Below are positions 58,510 to 64,000 of a DNA stretch of 64,000 nucleotides, piece by piece. Numbering within the stretch: the stretch's first letter is position 1; each line of letters starts with the position of its first letter. Made by a program: the position numbers and the translations under genes. Source of the DNA: an uncultured Candidatus Saccharibacteria bacterium (GTDB lineage: Bacteria > Patescibacteriota > Minisyncoccia > Phycocordibacterales > JAACPR01). The stretch is from contig CAZIEY010000002.1 of the NCBI GenBank assembly GCA_964538855.1, forward strand, positions 1,709 to 65,708, given 5' to 3'. The notes under the pieces were generated by a model. That model was given only the letters and a program-made list of their open reading frames with translations. It was not told where the DNA came from and did no database searches.

Positions 58510-58845
58510 ATGAACTTATTTGGAATTGCGGCAATTATACTGGGAATTATTTACGAGCTAGTTCCTCTTGCGATCGGAGTGGCAGTTCTCTATTTTTTGT
58601 GGGGATGCCTAAAATATGTAAAAGCTTCTGATGGTGAAACACAGGGCGAAGCTAAAAATATGATTACACACGGCATAATTATATTGTTCGTTATGGTTTC
58701 CGTCTGGGGGTTAGTGAATTTGATTGGAGAGACGTTTCAAATCGGTCCTCTGAATTTACGAAGTGAAACTGTAAATGTTGGTGGGGGTCTAGGAGGTGGT
58801 ACGACTTCTAGTAAAAGAATTTTTTGTTACGGACAAGGTTGTTAA
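58510..58845 (+). CDS. VirB2/TrbC-like pilin 3
   Basis: FLWG..KYV...D...EAK..I..GII.LFVMVSVWGLV. Confidence 0.75.
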   Translation: MNLFGIAAIILGIIYELVPLAIGVAVLYFLWGCLKYVKASDGETQGEAKNMITHGIIILFVMVSVWGLVNLIGETFQIGPLNLRSETVNVGGGLGGGTTSSKRIFCYGQGC

Positions 58846-58854
58846 TAAAAATAT

Positions 58855-59160
58855 ATGCCAAAACCATCAGGACAAGTTGCCACAAATTTAACCTTCGCAG
58901 GAATTGTAGATCTTGCAGTCTATTTACTACAATTTGTTGTGTGGATATTAATGGCGCTTGCTCTTTTGACCTTTTTATACGGACTCATGAGATACATGTT
59001 GAGTTCTGGCGACGATGGTGCACGATCAGAGAGTCGGCAATACATTATTTATGGAATACTGGGTTTGTTTGTGATGGTTGCAATGTGGGGGTTGGTCTCT
59101 GTATTAACAACTACCTTTATTCCGGGCGGTGATGTAGTCATTCCGGTCCTTCATGTGTAA
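58855..59160 (+). CDS. VirB2/TrbC-like pilin 4
   Basis: FLYG..RY...GDD......YGILGLFVMVAMWGLV. Confidence 0.75.
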   Translation: MPKPSGQVATNLTFAGIVDLAVYLLQFVVWILMALALLTFLYGLMRYMLSSGDDGARSESRQYIIYGILGLFVMVAMWGLVSVLTTTFIPGGDVVIPVLHV

Positions 59161-59247
59161 TAGCGCGACTGTTTATTTCTTTTTGTGCGGGTCTAAAATG
59201 TTGCTATAATAAAAGGGTATAGGATTTTATTAATTATAAATAATTAC

Positions 59248-59616
59248 ATGAAAAGAATTTCGACAGTTAATTTTGTGGCGGCTGCGATGTTTGCACTGAT
59301 GCCAGTAGTGACATTTGCGCAATCTTCAGGCCAAGGAGTTTTTAATATCTTGACATTGTTCTCAAGAATCGTTTCTGCATTGATTCCAATTGTCATCGGT
59401 ATCGCAGTTTTGATGTTTCTATGGGGTGTTCTCAAGTACGTTACTGCAAGCGATGAAGATGGTCAAAAGGAGGCAAAGACTACTATGATTTCTGGTATCG
59501 TAGTATTGTTCGTGATGGTGTCAATTTGGGGACTCGTCAACATTTTGGGTGATACTCTTTCTCTCAACAAGACTGCTCCACCACCTCCACAAATTCCTGG
59601 ATTCCAGTCTCGATAA
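59248..59616 (+). CDS. VirB2/TrbC-like pilin 5
   Basis: Signal peptide ending FAQ; FLWGVLKYV...LFVMVSIWGLV. Confidence 0.78.
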   Translation: MKRISTVNFVAAAMFALMPVVTFAQSSGQGVFNILTLFSRIVSALIPIVIGIAVLMFLWGVLKYVTASDEDGQKEAKTTMISGIVVLFVMVSIWGLVNILGDTLSLNKTAPPPPQIPGFQSR

Positions 59617-59628
59617 AATTGGTAATGT

Positions 59629-59871
59629 ATGGATGCCTTTCTGCAAAAATTGCTAGACACTATTATTAACCCGCTTATTACGTTGTTGTTTGCGTGTGCA
59701 GTCGTTTATTTCGTCTGGGGTGTATTCAATTACATCAAAGGCGAAGATAATGGTGGTGACCGCGAGACAGGCACAAAACACATAATGTGGGGGATAATCG
59801 GACTGTTTATTATGGTGTCTGCATATGCGATTGTTCAAATTGTAGGAAGAACATTCTTGATCATTCCGTAG
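59629..59871 (+). CDS. VirB2/TrbC-like pilin 6
   Basis: IINP; FVWGVFNYI...HIMWGIIGLFIMVS. Confidence 0.75.
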   Translation: MDAFLQKLLDTIINPLITLLFACAVVYFVWGVFNYIKGEDNGGDRETGTKHIMWGIIGLFIMVSAYAIVQIVGRTFLIIP

Positions 59872-59901
59872 TAGCAGAATGGGTTCGTAGAAAAAGCAAT
59901 T

Positions 59902-59944
59902 AAAAAAGCCGCGTGAGTGTCTGTCACACACTACGCGGCTTTTG
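59902..59944. terminator. Bidirectional intrinsic terminator
   Basis: AAAAAAGCCGCGT...ACGCGGCTTTT between convergent genes. Confidence 0.7.
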
Positions 59945-59972
59945 CTTCACACAGCGATTCAATTTGGGGTTT

Positions 59973-60491
59973 TCACCTCTCCTTGTATCGCAGTGTGAAG
60001 GAAGATGCTGGACATCTTTCAGGCACTTTGGCCTGTAGGAGATCCGTCACCTTGTCGAGCCCCACGTCCCAACGGACATAAGGACTGTCTTCCGTCCAGC
60101 GGTCACCCTTATCCGCTGGGGTCCACTGCTCGCCACGTGAATTTCGCATGTGGCGTTGGTCCGAGCTAACCGGAACCCAGTGGGTGATCTTGTTGCCATT
60201 GGTATCCACGCGGATGCTTCCGGCCCGAAGCAAGACCACGTTCCCAGAGTCCGTCCCAACCTCTTGTCGGTTGGTTTCGTACTCCTTGACTTCACCTGGG
60301 AGGATGAGGTCTGAGATGGAGGTGGGCAGGGGTTTGGGTGCAGGCGGAACCACCCCCACCTGCACCTTTGTCGTAATCGTGGATGTCGGTGGTGGTGGGG
60401 TCATCAACCATGAGACGAAATTCGGCCCATAGATGAGTGCAGTCAGCAAGATGACGCTGACACTGAACCATTTCAACTTAGAACCTTTCAC
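59973..60491 (-). CDS. Membrane-anchored hypothetical protein with Pro-rich linker
   Basis: N-terminal TM, PPPP linker; translationally coupled to the upstream gene. Confidence 0.65.
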   Translation of the reverse strand: MKGSKLKWFSVSVILLTALIYGPNFVSWLMTPPPPTSTITTKVQVGVVPPAPKPLPTSISDLILPGEVKEYETNRQEVGTDSGNVVLLRAGSIRVDTNGNKITHWVPVSSDQRHMRNSRGEQWTPADKGDRWTEDSPYVRWDVGLDKVTDLLQAKVPERCPASSFTLRYKER

Positions 60492-61552
60492 TTTCCACCT
60501 TCCTTGCCTTGTTTGCGTCTACGACTCATCACTTCGCCCGCAAGCCTTGCCACATCTTCGGGGTTGGTAAGACTGACACTTTCAAGTCCGCGAAGCTCGA
60601 GGATATCCTTCCGGATATCTCCGATACCTGTCGAGATTTGCGCCTGTTCTAGCCAATATTGCCGTTCCTTGCGACCCTCTTCAGTCTTGGCTAAGTTGTT
60701 GATGTTGTCTCCTGCTAATTCTGACGCAACTTCGATTAGTTTCTTTGCAAGTGCGATGTCTCCGAGAACCTTTTTGTATTCAGGTTCCCAGTCCACCTTT
60801 TTATAGAGCACTTGCTTTATTTTCACGCCAAGTGTGCGAGTCATGTCTGTCAAATGTGCAATAACACTCACTCCGATCTCAGAGGTTTTATTCATTAGAT
60901 AATCGGAGCTTTTGGTTTTTGCAAGTTGCCCTGCATACTCTGCGGCAGCATTTTCAAGTACATCAGTGACGTACTCTACTCGTTTTGCCTCGATCGGGTT
61001 GATTTGGGCGTACAGCTGTACTTGGTTTGCATCTGGATCAGGTTCCCAGATAAGCATCTGTTCCCCGACCACATTCGCAGCCCCACTTGCTGGTTCCCAC
61101 TCAAAACTCTGTTCCGGAGTATTGTGTTTTCGTAACTCAACCCATTTTTCTTCGGACAATTTCTTGATGTGGATTAACCAAGCAGTTATCCTACCTGCTT
61201 TACCGATCAAGTACATCTGTATTCCTGTAACAGAATCCTTCTTCCCAAAAAAACGATCTTGGAACAAAGGGATTTTGTTATTATCTGGAGTACAGATGAG
61301 CATGGTCATGATCGCGAACACGGCACTCGTGCTCAAAATAAATGCCCATCGGCACAAATGCACGGCAGTCGGTATTTTGTGCAGAATGATACCCGAGAGT
61401 AGCATTCCGACGAAGACCGAGACTCCGCCAATGACGACCCAAGGGCCGGATTGGTCCATCTCATTTTTCGTTTGGTTTTTTCGGACACTGGTAACATATG
61501 CTACCAGACTGATCACGAGTGCGATCAGTGAGAGAATAATCCAGAAGTTCAT
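60488..61552 (-). CDS. Membrane protein with SPFH/band-7-like C-terminal domain
   Basis: Three TMs, then LTDMTRTLGVKIKQVLYKKVDWEPEY; AAAGGA SD; TTGACA-18-TATAAT promoter 61672-61643. Confidence 0.55.
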   Translation of the reverse strand: MNFWIILSLIALVISLVAYVTSVRKNQTKNEMDQSGPWVVIGGVSVFVGMLLSGIILHKIPTAVHLCRWAFILSTSAVFAIMTMLICTPDNNKIPLFQDRFFGKKDSVTGIQMYLIGKAGRITAWLIHIKKLSEEKWVELRKHNTPEQSFEWEPASGAANVVGEQMLIWEPDPDANQVQLYAQINPIEAKRVEYVTDVLENAAAEYAGQLAKTKSSDYLMNKTSEIGVSVIAHLTDMTRTLGVKIKQVLYKKVDWEPEYKKVLGDIALAKKLIEVASELAGDNINNLAKTEEGRKERQYWLEQAQISTGIGDIRKDILELRGLESVSLTNPEDVARLAGEVMSRRRKQGKEGGK

Positions 61553-61720
61553 GTCAGGTTTCCTTTGCGTCGGTTTTCTCAAAGATCTCGAGGAATTGAA
61601 CCTCGTTTCGGGCAGAGCAAGACGCTCTTCCGATACTCGTGCATTATAGCACACATTATTGACATCTGTCAATCTACGTGTTCTCCTTATTTTAAGGCCT
61701 TAAAACCAGCTTTTGACTGT

Positions 61721-61740
61721 TGTGCAGGAGAGAGGACTTG
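61721..61740 (-). repeat. Duplicated 3' end of tRNA-Leu(TAG), att-like scar
   Basis: 19/20 identical to 61814-61833. Confidence 0.7.
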
Positions 61741-61815
61741 GTCACGAATCACTAAGCTTTTTTTACACAGTTAATAAAAATCACCCACCAAAAAGGTGAG
61801 TGATTTTTATTAATG

Positions 61816-61896
61816 TGCACGAGAGAGGACTTGAACCTCCAAGGATTGCTCCACTAGTTCCTAAGACTAGCGCGTATACCATTCCGCCACTCGTGC
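61816..61896 (-). tRNA. tRNA-Leu(TAG)
   Basis: Cloverleaf with variable arm; CTAGT-CTTAGGA-ACTAG. Confidence 0.95.
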
Positions 61897-61930
61897 ATGC
61901 GTTTTGTTCGGCCGCCGCCGTAAAAACGTG

Positions 61931-62003
61931 TCCACCCAGTAGGATTCGAACCTACGACCTTCCGCTTAAGAGGCGATTGCTCTACCAACTGAGCTATGGA
62001 TGG
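61931..62003 (-). tRNA. tRNA-Lys(CTT)
   Basis: Cloverleaf; anticodon loop CTCTTAA. Confidence 0.9.
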
Positions 62004-62050
62004 AATCCCTACAAGAGTAACAGAGAAAACGACTTCCGACAAGAAGGAGT

Positions 62051-62740
62051 TTACTTTTTGGAGTCAGATGCTTCGTAATGCCAGTGCCATGGTTCATGAA
62101 CAATACCGGACTGATTATCTTTTGGGTATGATTCGAAAAAACCAAAATGTGCCGCATGTGCCAAAAGCCACGCGTATTCTTTGGTGGTTGCAAATTTTGA
62201 TTCGGGTCCGGTGTTTGGAGTGTCACCTTCGATCATGACGTCGATTGCCTGATGATCCGGGGCGCCGTGTTCGCTGTATCCGGGGATTGCAACGCTTTTC
62301 AAAGTTTTCGCGATATCAAAATTATTAGCGCGTAAATTCCATAGAAAAACAATTGTTTGATATGCAGGGGACCGATAGCCTGAAAAAATAACAATCTTTT
62401 TTCCGATTTCTTGTTGCATGGCAGCATTCATATTTTGAAAAGCAAGTAGGACGGGTTCTGGTAACAGCTGCTCGCCATATGATTCGGGAACGAGCTTGAT
62501 ATTTTCTGGAACTGGTTGTAGGTCAAAGTATTGTCCCTGGAATCCGTATTCACGCGGGTCGATTTTAAGGAGGGAATGGATATATTCTTGAACGTCTTCA
62601 TCAAACGGCGACAAAAGATCAGGGAAGTCCATCGTTGCTCGTTCGTGTGGAGTTTTTCGGATTTTATTTATTGTGTCGATAATCCGCGTGACACGTTTGT
62701 GGTCAGGAGTCTGTAGAACTTCGTTATGATATTCATCCAT
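62051..62740 (-). CDS. M15 (VanY-like) D-Ala-D-Ala carboxypeptidase
   Basis: SGYRS, PGYSEH...AID, EPWHW; the ATG shares its A with the tRNA-Leu CCA. Confidence 0.88.
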   Translation of the reverse strand: MDEYHNEVLQTPDHKRVTRIIDTINKIRKTPHERATMDFPDLLSPFDEDVQEYIHSLLKIDPREYGFQGQYFDLQPVPENIKLVPESYGEQLLPEPVLLAFQNMNAAMQQEIGKKIVIFSGYRSPAYQTIVFLWNLRANNFDIAKTLKSVAIPGYSEHGAPDHQAIDVMIEGDTPNTGPESKFATTKEYAWLLAHAAHFGFFESYPKDNQSGIVHEPWHWHYEASDSKK

Positions 62741-62823
62741 GGTGCCCGAGGAGGGACTTGAACCCTCATCCCTTGCGAGACACAATTTTAAGTCGTGCGT
62801 GTATACCATTCCACCACTCGGGC
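62740..62823 (-). tRNA. tRNA-Leu(TAA)
   Basis: Cloverleaf with variable arm, encoded CCA. Confidence 0.94.
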
Positions 62824-62847
62824 AAATTTCTGTAATTTTTTTACAGG

Positions 62848-62919
62848 AGGTGCGGGTGGGGATTGAACCCACGTATGGCAGTTTTGCAAACTGCAGCGTT
62901 ACCACTTCGCCACCGCACC
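62848..62919 (-). tRNA. tRNA-Cys(GCA)
   Basis: GCAGT-TTGCAAA-ACTGC; U discriminator. Confidence 0.94.
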
Positions 62920-62924
62920 ATTAT

Positions 62925-63260
62925 TTATATTTTGATATCAGGATTTTCTGACATTGCTCTCCGGATTTTTTCGCCTTGGTCGAACACAAAATCGAATTGA
63001 GGAATTTTGCCGAGACGCGTCTTTGTTTTGACAAACTCCTTGAAATCACGGCGTTTGCGCTTTAAAAAATCAAGCACCGCGTCGACCTTGTGGTCTGGGA
63101 AAACTGTAACAAAAATTGTGCATTTTTGAAAGTCCCCAGACGCAGTAACGTTAGTAACAGTAATAAGCGATTGGTGATTTGACTCCATTTGAATAAAATC
63201 CGAAGCCACTCGTGTAATTACTTCTTTAAATTTATCATCGCGAAAATCAGGGGTATGCAT
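62925..63260 (-). CDS. rbfA: Ribosome-binding factor A
   Basis: ITVTNVTASGD...IFVT...IPQFDFVFD; directly downstream of infB. Confidence 0.85.
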   Translation of the reverse strand: MHTPDFRDDKFKEVITRVASDFIQMESNHQSLITVTNVTASGDFQKCTIFVTVFPDHKVDAVLDFLKRKRRDFKEFVKTKTRLGKIPQFDFVFDQGEKIRRAMSENPDIKI

Positions 63261-63264
63261 ATGT

Positions 63265-64000
63265 TTATTTCTTAACAATTTCAAATGCTTCGATTTCGTC
63301 GCCTGGCGCAATTTCGATTTTAGCTTCGATAGAGGTGCCAAATTCCGATCCTTCAATTACGCTTGTGGCGACTGCTTTACTTTGTTGCAAACCCTTGATT
63401 ATACCGCGGCCGATTTCTTCGTCGCGTCGCATAATTTTAATTTGATTACCGGTTTCAATGACACCTTCTTTGACTCGACCACCGAGCACCTGATTATTTT
63501 TTGAAGCATTAAAAATTTTGAGCACTTTGAAAATTCCTTTGCGTTCTTCAACTTCGACACGCGGACGCATTTCTTCGGCAGTCTTTTTCACCCAATCCGT
63601 CAATTCGTAAATGATGTTGAATACATTGATAGAAAGACCAGTTCGTTCTTTAATGTTCTCGGCTTGTTTATCAATTTCAATTCCAAAACCAACAATCAGC
63701 GTATTTTCATTAGTTGCGGCGATTTTCGCGTCCTTTTCTCCGATATTTCCGGTTCCGCTATACACGATTTTCAATTCGGCGCTGAGCAATTTGATTTTTC
63801 CAAGTTCGTATTCAATTGCTTCGATGGAACCTTGGGTGTCGGCTTTGATGATGACAGGTACGATAAAATTGTCCGCGTTTTCAATATGCTTAAGAGTTGG
63901 AATTTTCTTAATGCCTTCGGAACACGACGCGCAATATTTTTCAGCCTCCTTTTTTGTATCAAAAGTTTGGAAGGTAAGTCCAACACCTGGCAAATCGTTC
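63265..64000 (-). CDS. infB: Translation initiation factor IF-2, C-terminal part (truncated by window edge)
   Basis: IIKADTQGSIEAI, NIIYEL, GSEFG...GDEIEAFE. Confidence 0.93.
   Translation of the reverse strand, partial: NDLPGVGLTFQTFDTKKEAEKYCASCSEGIKKIPTLKHIENADNFIVPVIIKADTQGSIEAIEYELGKIKLLSAELKIVYSGTGNIGEKDAKIAATNENTLIVGFGIEIDKQAENIKERTGLSINVFNIIYELTDWVKKTAEEMRPRVEVEERKGIFKVLKIFNASKNNQVLGGRVKEGVIETGNQIKIMRRDEEIGRGIIKGLQQSKAVATSVIEGSEFGTSIEAKIEIAPGDEIEAFEIVKK

Noticed and set aside
60912-61649. 245-aa + strand ORF and the many other short overlapping ORFs
   Set aside because: They are shadow frames of better-supported genes, with no motifs or expression signals.
1-64000. CRISPR array
   Set aside because: No regularly spaced direct repeats with unique spacers and no cas genes seen; the repeats found are dispersed hairpin elements.
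1-64000. UGA-to-Gly recoding (code 25)
   Set aside because: Conserved genes are intact under code 11 and some, such as pyrB, end at TGA at the expected position.

Overview
A 64-kb chromosomal segment (standard code 11), most likely from a Patescibacteria/CPR bacterium of the Parcubacteria type. The taxon is inferred from the VirB2/TrbC-like pilin array behind gyrA-methyltransferase-solute-binding protein, a short ValRS, a four-domain S1, a degenerate HisS paralogue and patchy nucleotide-biosynthesis genes. Bases 1-22 kb are accessory: a type I R-M island (HTH-HsdM, DinD, HsdS, membrane protein, HsdR, HNH) and a run of short, mostly leaderless + strand genes. Bases 23-64 kb are mostly core: rnpB, murJ, lepA, pyrB, valS, tsaD, pyrH, ftsZ/ftsA, ybeY, rpsU, lepB, pth, rpsA, gyrA, rbfA and infB. 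Nine tRNAs are present in the window. Main findings: (1) three dispersed RNase-toxin modules (two PemK/MazF, one decayed NYN/PIN) have no protein antitoxin, share a 57-bp promoter with a perfect palindrome, and each ends in a convergent promoter predicted to make a small structured RNA, suggesting an RNA-antitoxin system under one regulator; (2) two families of repeated structured non-coding elements have long inverted arms that copy the ends of neighbouring host genes or tRNAs; (3) three genes start directly at tRNA 3' ends; (4) several self-contained Shine-Dalgarno-led islet genes sit in an otherwise largely leaderless genome. All calls were made by eye, without database searches.
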